Shown here in pieces: positions 37,335 through 46,437 of a stretch of DNA of 55,201 nt. The number at the start of each line of letters is the position of its first letter. Position 1 is the first letter of the stretch. The stretch is from an uncultured virus (IMG/VR IMGVR_UViG_3300021961_000033) (Duplodnaviria; Heunggongvirae; Uroviricota; Caudoviricetes): the IMG/VR virus record IMGVR_UViG_3300021961_000033, positions 62,001 to 117,201 of that record. One strand, written 5' to 3'. The translations under genes were made by a program, and so were the position numbers. The notes under the pieces are model-generated. The model made no database searches, was not told the DNA's origin, and saw only the letters and a program-made list of their open reading frames with translations.

Positions 37335-38012
37335 TTAAGCCTTTTTCATAGTTGCGCCTTTTGGATTGGCTGCATCTGTTTGAGTTGTGACTTTAGGAGC
37401 TGAGCCGCCTTTTTCATCGCCACCTTGTGCAATGTTTTTTGCGGAACCGCCCATATCGTTTTTCTTAGCAACTGGGCCGCTTGCGCCGTTGCCCTGTTCG
37501 CTTGTGACTGGTGCTGGAGCTTTTTCCTTGTACTCACGTACCATTTCTTCAGACATTTCGTCTTCTTCTTCAGCTTCATCATCCATGTCCATGTCTGACT
37601 CTTCTTCTTCGTCGCCCATGTCCATTTCTGGTTCATCATCGTCACCAGCCATAATTCTTTCAAATTCTGCTTTGAGTTCGTCAAGAGCGTCTTCGAGATC
37701 AACAACACGATCTTCGAGCTCTTCCTCTTCTTCTTCACCTTCGATAGCAAGACCTTCTTCGTCTGCTTCGATGTCGTCGATCATGTCATCAGCAGCATCG
37801 CCACCTAGCTCTGCTTCATCAAAATCACTCTCGTCAATTTCTTCTTCTTCGGAAACTTCTTCTTCTTCCGCCTCATCGACTACTTCTTCTTCGTCGAGAG
37901 ATTCGTAAATTTCACGGCTTTTTTCCACAACAATTTCGTGGAAAAGATCTTTTGCTTTATCAGTTTCTTCAGAAATGATAAGCTCGATCAATTCATTAAA
38001 TTTATCGCTCAT
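37335..38012 (-). CDS. Highly acidic prohead core protein (gp67/gp68-like position)
   Basis: Extreme Asp/Glu content; between portal and protease. Confidence 0.65.
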   Translation of the reverse strand: MSDKFNELIELIISEETDKAKDLFHEIVVEKSREIYESLDEEEVVDEAEEEEVSEEEEIDESDFDEAELGGDAADDMIDDIEADEEGLAIEGEEEEEELEDRVVDLEDALDELKAEFERIMAGDDDEPEMDMGDEEEESDMDMDDEAEEEDEMSEEMVREYKEKAPAPVTSEQGNGASGPVAKKNDMGGSAKNIAQGGDEKGGSAPKVTTQTDAANPKGATMKKA

Positions 38013-38108
38013 AGGATATGGCTCCTTTATTTGTAAGGCATTTATTTTATTTAACTATGCACTTTATTTATATATGATTAAGTGCGTTTTTTGAGCCAAA
38101 AAAGGAGA

Positions 38109-38339
38109 TTATTGCGGTTGTTCAACAGGAACAGCAAATTGTTGCTTAATTTTTCTAATATTTTCCTGGTATTCAGCAATTTTTACGTCGTTAAGCACAC
38201 GCAAACGATTAATTTGTTCTAGTGTAAGTCTAGTTTTTCTAGTATCTGTTAGTTCAGCTTTGCTAGAATCATTGCTCTGGTCATGAAGTTTATCTTCATT
38301 TTTAGCAGTATTTTCTTTAATAAAATCTTTAACGTACAT
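38109..38339 (-). CDS. Small hypothetical head-module protein
   Basis: DTRKTRLTLEQINRLR; GGAG SD before ATG 38339; late motif at 38355-38361. Confidence 0.65.
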   Translation of the reverse strand: MYVKDFIKENTAKNEDKLHDQSNDSSKAELTDTRKTRLTLEQINRLRVLNDVKIAEYQENIRKIKQQFAVPVEQPQ

Positions 38340-38357
38340 TGCTGTCTCCAAATATAT

Positions 38358-40091
38358 TTATGTACTTGGGACTTCTGTAGGCGGCGGTGTACCAGGAATA
38401 GGACTCTGTGGTGCGCCAGTAGGCTGGCCAGGTGCACTAGCTCCGAGATCTTCTGTGCCCGCTTCATCTTCTCCACCTTCCGCTTCTATATCTGGTGGTG
38501 TAAAGTTTTCTAGATCAGTTTCTATACCGCCTGGAGTAATACCAACACTACGCATGTTTGGCAATTCTGCCTCAGCATCGTCTAGGTTCTCTTCTCTCCA
38601 GAGTTTTCTGTTCTCTGCTAGTTCTTCTTCAGTTAAGCCTAAGAAGCGTTGCATTAGGAATCGCTTACTCAAATATGGATAACCTTCAAGGCTAGTAAAT
38701 GTATTAATTCTAGCACCATCCATTTCAACTTCACGATACTTGCTGAAGTTTTGTGGCTCGTTAAAACGCAATTCAAAACTACTATTGTCTAATTCAAAAC
38801 CTCTCCATTTAAGGAACATTTTGAACTCGCGGTCAAAAGTTTCACTAATTAAACGCTGTAGTCTTTTACAATATTCGTTAAAACGATACTCTTGAATAAG
38901 TGCAGTACCCACTCTGCCATCAACATATGCGCCTGGTGATTCATCAGGACCAGTTGGCAAATAACTACTGGGTATTCTTAAACCACGGAATAGTTTGTTT
39001 GTAAAGTACTTGAGGTCATCAATTTCGCCTAGGTTAGTACCACCTGGCAATGTTTCAACTTTACTACCACGACCTTCTGCTGTTTGTGGAAAGAAGTAGT
39101 CTTCGTTGATGCTTAATGGATTGTATGTAGTATCCATAATGTTAGAGCCGCCGCCAGTTTGACTGGGGATACGACGCTGATGAATTTCGTTTTTAACACG
39201 CTCAACAAACGCCATAGCCATGTGCGCTGGCATGTTACCAACGTCTACATAAAATACTCTGCGCTCTGGCGCACGTTGAATGCGGTAAATGATGATAGCA
39301 TCTTCAAGCAATTCTTTTTGCTTGTAAACTTTAAAAATATTTTCAAGTATACTGTTACCAAAAGGCCAGTTAGCATCCAACCCTTCTGTAAGACTGCAAT
39401 GCACCATATGGTCTGCATCTACAGCAGTTTCGTTTACACTACGGTCGAATCTACCTTGGCTACTGCTCTGGCTAGTATAAATGTTGCTAGGCTGAATGTA
39501 ACCATTCTGTTTATGATCTCCGGATCTGTGGAAATCATCACTATAATTAAGTTGTGTTGCTGTAAGGTTTTGGAAGTTAGGGTTAATGTCTTTAAGAACA
39601 TACTGCTCTGGCTTTTTGCCTTCGCTTTCATTAACGATAACTTTAGTAACTTTTGTCATGTCTACCCAGAACCATTCGAAGGTTTCTGGGTCTCTAATAA
39701 ACACCTGATCGCCGTACTTTAACACATTGCGGAAGATCTTAAATGCTCTTTTATCAAACTCGTTTAGGTTATTCCAGTTAACAAGTTGCTTTCTAAGGGT
39801 GTCTATTTCACTCTCGCTTGGATCTTCATGAAAGTGAATATCAAAAACGGTGCCGTTTTCTACATTAGTTTGTGTGCAAAACTCTGCTAGAATGTCCAGT
39901 GCAGCATTAACTTCACTGTCCACATCCATGTTTTCATACTGAGCATATCGTGTAATGCGGTTTGCATGACCAACATAAACTTCTGGCAAATGGCTTGCAT
40001 AATGACTGTATTTTAAATCAGATCCAGTGCCACCACCAGCATTGGTTAGCGGACTAGCATTAACAGTCTTGAAATATTTTTTCCAACTCAT
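38358..40091 (-). CDS. gp20: Portal vertex protein (gp20-like)
   Basis: LLEDAIIIYRIQRAPERRVFYVDVGNMP, EDYFFP..AEGRGSKVETLPGG.NLGEIDDLKYF..KL.RGLRIPSS. Confidence 0.97.
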   Translation of the reverse strand: MSWKKYFKTVNASPLTNAGGGTGSDLKYSHYASHLPEVYVGHANRITRYAQYENMDVDSEVNAALDILAEFCTQTNVENGTVFDIHFHEDPSESEIDTLRKQLVNWNNLNEFDKRAFKIFRNVLKYGDQVFIRDPETFEWFWVDMTKVTKVIVNESEGKKPEQYVLKDINPNFQNLTATQLNYSDDFHRSGDHKQNGYIQPSNIYTSQSSSQGRFDRSVNETAVDADHMVHCSLTEGLDANWPFGNSILENIFKVYKQKELLEDAIIIYRIQRAPERRVFYVDVGNMPAHMAMAFVERVKNEIHQRRIPSQTGGGSNIMDTTYNPLSINEDYFFPQTAEGRGSKVETLPGGTNLGEIDDLKYFTNKLFRGLRIPSSYLPTGPDESPGAYVDGRVGTALIQEYRFNEYCKRLQRLISETFDREFKMFLKWRGFELDNSSFELRFNEPQNFSKYREVEMDGARINTFTSLEGYPYLSKRFLMQRFLGLTEEELAENRKLWREENLDDAEAELPNMRSVGITPGGIETDLENFTPPDIEAEGGEDEAGTEDLGASAPGQPTGAPQSPIPGTPPPTEVPST

Positions 40092-40126
40092 AATATATTA
40101 TAGCACCTTTATACTATTTACGCAAA

Positions 40127-42343
40127 TTATGCCGTATTAGTTTCAATGCCCTCTAGCGTAGAATTCATTGACCTTAAACCTTCTCTAAGGATATTACTTA
40201 AATTTGCCATTTGCTGATTACTTTGATTTATTGATTCGCCAGTTTTGTTTGTGGCAGCTATTAGTTCTTTTTGTTTTTCATCAGCAGCTCGCTGTTTTTG
40301 GTTAAACTCATCCATCATTTTAGCGAACTGGGGAGTAATACGATCTTTACCAGCTTCTTCGAACCCGTCTATTTGATTCTGATTCAAAATTTGACTTAGA
40401 TTTCCAATTGTATTTGAATCTAATCTTGGTTGAGGAGAAATTGGGAAAGTTTTAGATCGATCCTCAGGCCTAAGCATTTTATCGCTATCATCTGGCTTGC
40501 CGTATCCTTTCAAATATGGATTTGTTTCAAACTCTCTTTTAATTTGCTCTCCTGTTGTGGGACGCGGAGTAAGCCTAAATCCTTTAGTTTGATTATCTTT
40601 AATATCTTTAAGATGATTTTTTACTTCCTCACCCCAACCTTGTAAGTATGCTGCTTGTGGATTCGTTGGGCTAGGAGGTTTACTTGCTTGCTCTGCTTGT
40701 TGTTGTATGTAATTTTCGTTGTATAAGGATTGCGGGATTTCTAATTTTTTTCTTCCCGCTAATAGATTTGCTAACCATTCTGTGCCGTCAACAATAGTTC
40801 CTATAGCACCCTGGAAAGCTCCTGAATCCATAACATATGCTGTAGCACTAGTAAGGGCATTTCTAAAGTCTTGAACTGCGCTAGTAGTTCTAACAAACAT
40901 ATCAGACATTGAACCTATATTTGCAGTTGTATTTGTTGCAACATCCTGGATCATCTTGCCCATATCAGTAGCAATTTTAGTCATTACATCACCAATTTGC
41001 TTGGGCAAATCGTCACGTAATTTCATCATCATTTCACCAGCAGAGGTAACAAGGCTATCATTTACACCTGCAACACCAAGGACTGCAAGTTGTCCCATTT
41101 CTCTCATGGCATTGCGCTGAGTTTCAGGATCTAGCATTGTTCTCTGCATTGTTGCTAGATCCGCTCCGGTAGCACCAGCAGCTTTAGTCATATTGGCTAA
41201 CTGCGGATTCATCATTTCTACAGCAGCGGCAGTCTCTGTTACAGCACCACCAAATTCTTTTTGTTGCAAGAACAGTTGTCCTGCTGAGTCGCCATATTGT
41301 TGGGTTATTTGAGCATACTTGGCTCTAAATTCTTCTGCTGCTTTGCCTATAAGACCTTGACTCTGTATAACTGCCTCTACGCTCACATTTTCTCTTGCTT
41401 GTTTTTGTAGTTCACGCTGCTGATCTAGTGTAATACCGTTATACTGAGCAAATTGTCTCTGCTGCTTTGTTAGTTCAAAAAATCCTTTTACTACATCATC
41501 TGTGTTTACATTGCTGATAGCAACCCCTGATTTTGCAAGGTTAGCAGTATAATCAGCAAGCATTATTCCTTGAGCATCATAGGCTACGCCCATTAGTCGC
41601 ATGCTCTTGCTTAGAGCAATATTTTCTCCGCGGAGATTACCCATAAATCTAACAAGTTGTCTACCGCCTTCTCTAGTGTTCCCGCCAAAAATCGCTAAAC
41701 TAGGTGCAGCCTCCTTCATTACCCTACCAAATTGTGCTGCACTGAGCCCGCTTTCCGCCGCGGCATCTGCAAAAGCGTTCATACTATAGCCAAAACTTCC
41801 GCCGCTGTTAATAAGATCTTCGAAACCCCTGACCATTTTGGTGATTTCGCCAACAAATAGGCCTGCAACACCGCCAGCAGCGGCACCTAAATACTGTAAT
41901 GCTTTGCCTGCTGCTAACCCAGCTCCGCCAAATCTTGCAGTTAATCCTGCAGTTATTGCACCGCCTGCTACATCTCCTAGTTTTCCTAGGGTGCTCATAC
42001 CTTTTTCTATACCACTAGCAAAATCACCACCGCTTGAAAATATGCCTTTAAAGCTAGCGCCTGCACTACGCAAACTACGTTGGAAACCTACTATAGCCTG
42101 TTGTTGTTTAACAGCGAGACGTTCTGTAGAGGAAGCAGCACCTGCTGCGGCAGCGCCTAACCCGCCAATTTCGCCAGTAGCTGCGTCTGCAGCTCTTTGA
42201 AAATTACTAAGCTCTACTCGTTGTGCGCCTAGACGCTGGGCCACTCGGTTAGTGGCTTCTAGAAGAGCCTGCAATGTACTGTTTTCAGCAGCATTAGAAG
42301 CAATGATAGGGCCTATGCCAGGAATGTCTACGGTTACAGCCAT
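40127..42343 (-). CDS. Tape-measure-like protein, 738 aa
   Basis: Long Ala/Gly/Gln-rich helical protein with hydrophobic Gly-Ala segment; divergent from the chaperone-like pair. Confidence 0.6.
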   Translation of the reverse strand: MAVTVDIPGIGPIIASNAAENSTLQALLEATNRVAQRLGAQRVELSNFQRAADAATGEIGGLGAAAAGAASSTERLAVKQQQAIVGFQRSLRSAGASFKGIFSSGGDFASGIEKGMSTLGKLGDVAGGAITAGLTARFGGAGLAAGKALQYLGAAAGGVAGLFVGEITKMVRGFEDLINSGGSFGYSMNAFADAAAESGLSAAQFGRVMKEAAPSLAIFGGNTREGGRQLVRFMGNLRGENIALSKSMRLMGVAYDAQGIMLADYTANLAKSGVAISNVNTDDVVKGFFELTKQQRQFAQYNGITLDQQRELQKQARENVSVEAVIQSQGLIGKAAEEFRAKYAQITQQYGDSAGQLFLQQKEFGGAVTETAAAVEMMNPQLANMTKAAGATGADLATMQRTMLDPETQRNAMREMGQLAVLGVAGVNDSLVTSAGEMMMKLRDDLPKQIGDVMTKIATDMGKMIQDVATNTTANIGSMSDMFVRTTSAVQDFRNALTSATAYVMDSGAFQGAIGTIVDGTEWLANLLAGRKKLEIPQSLYNENYIQQQAEQASKPPSPTNPQAAYLQGWGEEVKNHLKDIKDNQTKGFRLTPRPTTGEQIKREFETNPYLKGYGKPDDSDKMLRPEDRSKTFPISPQPRLDSNTIGNLSQILNQNQIDGFEEAGKDRITPQFAKMMDEFNQKQRAADEKQKELIAATNKTGESINQSNQQMANLSNILREGLRSMNSTLEGIETNTA

Positions 42344-42422
42344 ATAAAAAAATCACCAATTATATGCGTACATAAATACACTATGCCACATTTATACATT
42401 GTTATTTATTAGGAGTATTCTA

Positions 42423-43280
42423 GTGGAAAACTCAACTTTTCAATCTGTAAACCCTCTGCTAAAATATGTAAGGTCACCTCAGATTTACATCAAATTACCC
42501 AGCAATGGGAAGTATTACGGCCCAGGTGCGCTAGAGATGCCTATTAACGGTGAGCTACCAGTGCTTGCTATGAACAGCTACGACGAGCTAAGTTTACAAA
42601 ATCCTGATGCATTACTTAACGGTCAAGCAGTTGTTAATGTAATACAGAGTTGTATTCCTAACATCAAAAACGCATGGTTAATGCCAGTTGTTGATCTAGA
42701 TACATGTTTGATTGCTATTAGAGTAGCAACTTATGGTGAGTCAATGCAGTATAGTAGTACTTGTCCACAGTGTAATGAATTTAACGAGTATGGTATAGAT
42801 CTTAGAGGCTTTTTAGATATGCCAGTAAAGATGGATCTATACGAGCAGCTAATCCAACATGATGATTTACAGTTTAAACTAAAGCCTATTAACTACTATA
42901 CTCTCAATAATACGAGCATTGAAACTTTTGAGAACCAGAGGTTAGCAAATGTTATACTTGATGAAACATTGTCATCTGAAGTTAGACAGCAAAAATTTAA
43001 CGAAATATACGAAAAACTAACTAAAATGAATCTAGCAAATGTATTAAATGCTGTTGAATATGTAAAAGCAGGCGATATACAGGTAACAGATCAGCAGCAA
43101 ATCACAGACTTTTTACAAAATGCTGACGCTAGAATTTTTAACAAAGTTAAGAAGCATTACACTAGTACACAGGAAGTAGTGCCTGAAAAGGAAATCAAGA
43201 CTACATGTCCTGATTGCCAGCATGCTTATTCACAGTCATTTACATTTGATCACGCAAATTTTTTCGAATCAGCCTCTTGA
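42423..43280 (+). CDS. Baseplate hub / tail assembly chaperone (gp26-like)
   Basis: NPL..Y.R.P.IYIKLPS.G, LIAIRVATYGE, two CxxC, ends NFF; start GTG 42423 after AGGAG SD. Confidence 0.7.
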   Translation: MENSTFQSVNPLLKYVRSPQIYIKLPSNGKYYGPGALEMPINGELPVLAMNSYDELSLQNPDALLNGQAVVNVIQSCIPNIKNAWLMPVVDLDTCLIAIRVATYGESMQYSSTCPQCNEFNEYGIDLRGFLDMPVKMDLYEQLIQHDDLQFKLKPINYYTLNNTSIETFENQRLANVILDETLSSEVRQQKFNEIYEKLTKMNLANVLNAVEYVKAGDIQVTDQQQITDFLQNADARIFNKVKKHYTSTQEVVPEKEIKTTCPDCQHAYSQSFTFDHANFFESAS

Positions 43281-43495
43281 GCATGGGAATCCAGGACATC
43301 GTCAAGTTCTTAGAAAGTATGGATCAAGAGGCCAGTAACATCAAAAAGCGAGTACTAGAATACTGCTGGTGGATGCGTGGTGGCATTACATACAATGAAG
43401 CTATGGCTATGGATCAATCTAACTATAAACTGATTAAAGATATTGTTGAGCAAAACCTGGAATCGACCAAAAAAACTGGCGTAAGTTTTATTTAA
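43277..43495 (+). CDS. Small gp51-like ORF, probably the -1 frameshift extension of the upstream gene
   Basis: CWWMRGGITYNEAM; no SD; lies in the -1 frame of the upstream ORF and is open back to the slippery site at 43256-43265. Confidence 0.6.
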   Translation: MSMGIQDIVKFLESMDQEASNIKKRVLEYCWWMRGGITYNEAMAMDQSNYKLIKDIVEQNLESTKKTGVSFI

Positions 43496-43674
43496 TCTTC
43501 TTTAAGAAAATCATTAGCGTCAAGTTTTACTCTACCCATTAAGTTGTGTGGGGATTCACTTTCATGATGTACTTCTAGTGTACTTCCGTGGGAGAACTTA
43601 TATCCGAGTCGTTGAGCTGTCTTACAAAATTCTAGAAATGCGCTTTCTAATTCCACTACATCTCTTTTATTCAT
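43492..43674 (-). CDS. Small hypothetical protein, 60 aa
   Basis: AAGGAG SD; TTAAATA late-like motif upstream. Confidence 0.55.
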   Translation of the reverse strand: MNKRDVVELESAFLEFCKTAQRLGYKFSHGSTLEVHHESESPHNLMGRVKLDANDFLKED

Positions 43675-43764
43675 AATTTTTACTCCTTGCCCTTTTATTC
43701 CAAAGGTAAGTTATTTAACATCTTTTTTAAGGGCAATTATAACTTATTTTAATTTTTTTTAACC

Positions 43765-44174
43765 TCACGGGATGAACTTCGTTCATCCAAATACTCACTA
43801 TCGTTCGTATTTGTTTTTTACTTGAGATTATATTTCCCTGAAGTTTCAGTCAGACGGAACCACTCTCGGCTCCGTCCAATCTGGTGACATTTCCCGTCAT
43901 TATCCAGCCTTCCCGGAAGTAGGTGTTTTCCGCTACACAATGGGCTCTGACCTTTCCCAACCTACATCGACATCGCTTTCGCTACCCAGTGCTTCGTTCC
44001 AGTGCATCTGGTTTTTATGTGTAATGTGCGGTGTTTCGATAGCCAACATTCTACCTACATCAACCAGTAGCCCAATTCTATTGTTGGCTCACCCAGAGGG
44101 GTGTCGATCGATGTGTTGCGTGTGCAGGTGTTAACTGCTTTTTCCACAGCGGATTTATAACTGGCCCGCTAGCC
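43765..44174 (-). ncRNA. Candidate large structured non-coding RNA of unknown class (~410 nt)
   Basis: Largest gene-free stretch in the window, visibly more GC-rich than its flanks, at least 10 complementary helices found by eye including long-range pairs and a possible pseudoknot; strand inferred from G-U pairs, GNRA-type loops and the upstream gene. Confidence 0.7.
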
Positions 44175-44621
44175 TTAAGTGTTGGATTGTTTTGCCTGTT
44201 CTAGTAGCCTTTGTCTAAGAATATTTGAGCCGCCTACTCTTACATTAATAATACCGTTATAATACTCGTCCGTCTCTAATACACGGCGGTCAAATTGCTC
44301 TTTTGCCTCTAAGTATGACATTTCGCCTTTGGTTTCACAAAAGAATAGTATTTCTCTTGTAAATTTGTCTGTGCCAAGTCGTTCTACATCTGCCTGCAGG
44401 TGCTCGGACGATCCCCAGTAGTCACGCCAATCGCTCTCCACTGTTGTACGTCTTTTGCGAGTTTTGCCTTTGAGGGGTGGTCTAGTTTTTTTGAATTGAG
44501 CCAGTTTTTTGCCAATATACTTTTGGTCTGTTTCTAAGTTTGTTATAAGGTATACAAACCCTATTTTGCCTTCAGGTATTTCTTCTACTAGTTTGCCTTT
44601 GTGATGCCATAACATGTTCAT
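44175..44621 (-). CDS. Stand-alone GIY-YIG (Seg-like) nuclease domain, 148 aa
   Basis: GFVYLITN...KYIGKK, YWGSS, FTREIL, conserved E (YLEAKEQ) and YYN; no C-terminal NUMOD/HTH region. Confidence 0.8.
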   Translation of the reverse strand: MNMLWHHKGKLVEEIPEGKIGFVYLITNLETDQKYIGKKLAQFKKTRPPLKGKTRKRRTTVESDWRDYWGSSEHLQADVERLGTDKFTREILFFCETKGEMSYLEAKEQFDRRVLETDEYYNGIINVRVGGSNILRQRLLEQAKQSNT

Positions 44622-44660
44622 TATATATTGATTTGTATTTTAAAATCAAGATATTTTGGT

Positions 44661-46415
44661 CTAAATAACTTCAATATCAGTGTCATAGCTAGTATAGCCG
44701 TTTTCTTTGATAACTTTGAGTATGTTGTTAACACGACCGCCAAGCTCGTCTTTGTGGCTAACCAACCACACACTCTTGTTACGATCTCTGCTCATCTTCT
44801 TGAGACATGCAAGTGCGTTCTCAACACCACTGGCATCCATACCACTGTCAACAACTTCGTCAATAAACAGTAGATTGATAGGATGATACAAGCTCTCCCA
44901 TACATCACGGAACGCCCAACTTAAACTTAAGATAAGCCTGTTGCGCTCGCCTCTGCTCAAGTTGTCAAAGTCTAGGTCTCTGCCCAGTTCTTGTATTTCT
45001 ACACCCAAATCGTTCATAAAGCGAACAGTATGAGGCAAGCCCATGCGCCCTAGATAGTATGTTAATCTGGTGTTAAGGAACTGCAAGTTCTGATCAATAA
45101 TGCGTTTGCGGATAAAACTGTCTTTGTTTGTTAGCAGTTTTAACAAGAAGTCCTGGTGTTCTCTTACTTTTGTAAGACTGTTTATAGTATCCCAATCTAC
45201 TTCCTGCACTGCGGCAGTTTGCATCTCTTCAATCTGATCCTGATAAGGATCCGTTTCTGTTTGCTTGCTCTTTAACTGTGAATCCAGTGTAGCAAGTGTA
45301 CTCTTGTGGTTGTGTGCTTCTGTTACATCATCGTAAAATGTATTGGGTCGTGCTTCCAGTGTTTCTTGTTTGCTAATCAGTGCATCTTTTTCTGCTTGCA
45401 AATCATTATAAAAAGCAGTAGCTTCAGTATGCTCTGTTTCTATTTGAGCAATGTGCTGTTTGTGGCTGTCCAAGTGGTCTGTGCTCTGACCGCAACTACC
45501 GCACTTGCCCAATTTAGCAGCTTCCAAACTTTTGTTTGTGCGCTCTAGCTCTCTCGACGCCCTTGACATCTGTGCTTCTAGTTGTGCTATATCCTTGTTA
45601 AGTTGATCCTGTACTGCTTTCTTTTCTTGCCATTGTTTAAGATCAGTGTGTGCCAGTAGTTCAGATTCAATATCAACATGGCTTAGACTGTTTATAGCAT
45701 TTTCCAGTTCAGTAACTTCAGTATCGCGCTTTGCTATCCACATACGCTGTCTGCGTTGCATAGCCTCAATCTGTTCCTGAATCTTGTTGTTAGCATCCTG
45801 TACTGCTTTGATGCGATATTCTTCTTCAGTGATTAAATCTTTTGTTTGCTTATTTTGTTCTTTTAAACGCTCTGCTTTTTCACTCAACAGCGTAATGCCC
45901 AACATCTGCTCAATAATAGCACGTTGTTCGTTAGCACTCAAACTTAGGAACGGCTGTGTATATGTGTTAAGAGCAACCAGATGCTTAAACATTTCGTGAC
46001 TCATGTTAAGCAATTTTTCTATGTCTGATTGTGTTTCCCTGTTTTCGCCCTGTTGTTCTTCTGCTTCGACGTCACCAACCTGGAACTTTAGTACATTGGG
46101 TTTACGCCCACGCTCAATACGATAGCGTTCACCATTTACATCAAAGTCCACTGTAACCAGCATGTTCTTGCCGTTGGTTTTGTTGATAAGGTTGTCACGC
46201 TTGATATTTGTAAGGGCTTGGCCGTAGAGAGCATAACTTAGTGCGTTGATGATTGTGGTTTTACCCGTGCCATTCCTGGCACCAGAGTCATCACCTCCTT
46301 GATCTAAATTTTCACCTAGCACAAGAGTTAAGTCTCTACGGTCAAAGTCAACAGCCTGGGTCTGATTGCCCACGCTCATGAAGTTCTTTACTGTGAGTGT
46401 ATTCAGTTTAAACAT
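44661..46415 (-). CDS. gp46: Recombination ATPase subunit (gp46 / SbcC / Rad50-like)
   Basis: KNFMSVGN, Walker A NGTGKTT, CGSC zinc hook in coiled coil, signature LSRGE, Walker B LLFIDE, SH switch. Confidence 0.95.
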   Translation of the reverse strand: MFKLNTLTVKNFMSVGNQTQAVDFDRRDLTLVLGENLDQGGDDSGARNGTGKTTIINALSYALYGQALTNIKRDNLINKTNGKNMLVTVDFDVNGERYRIERGRKPNVLKFQVGDVEAEEQQGENRETQSDIEKLLNMSHEMFKHLVALNTYTQPFLSLSANEQRAIIEQMLGITLLSEKAERLKEQNKQTKDLITEEEYRIKAVQDANNKIQEQIEAMQRRQRMWIAKRDTEVTELENAINSLSHVDIESELLAHTDLKQWQEKKAVQDQLNKDIAQLEAQMSRASRELERTNKSLEAAKLGKCGSCGQSTDHLDSHKQHIAQIETEHTEATAFYNDLQAEKDALISKQETLEARPNTFYDDVTEAHNHKSTLATLDSQLKSKQTETDPYQDQIEEMQTAAVQEVDWDTINSLTKVREHQDFLLKLLTNKDSFIRKRIIDQNLQFLNTRLTYYLGRMGLPHTVRFMNDLGVEIQELGRDLDFDNLSRGERNRLILSLSWAFRDVWESLYHPINLLFIDEVVDSGMDASGVENALACLKKMSRDRNKSVWLVSHKDELGGRVNNILKVIKENGYTSYDTDIEVI

Positions 46416-46437
46416 ACAGATGCATCCAGTTTTTAAT

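Noticed and set aside
37387..37908. Ser-rich plus-strand ORF and overlapping Lys-rich minus-strand ORF
   Set aside because: Frame artefacts of the GAA/GAT-rich acidic prohead core gene
43940..44134. 64 aa plus-strand ORF within the non-coding element
   Set aside because: No SD, atypical Cys/Ser-rich composition; the region is better explained by RNA structure
43765..44174. RNase P RNA, tmRNA or tRNA identity for the structured element
   Set aside because: Lacks GAGGAAAGUCC and the matching 3' P4 strand of RNase P, has no tRNA-like ends or tag ORF, and no cloverleaf is visible
43765..44621. Group I intron carrying a GIY-YIG homing endonuclease
   Set aside because: There is a partial echo of P7 (CAGAUUG / AUAUAAUCU), but I find no P3 strand or bulged G-site geometry, and no interrupted gene: gp46 upstream appears complete. 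Not fully excluded without an Infernal search.
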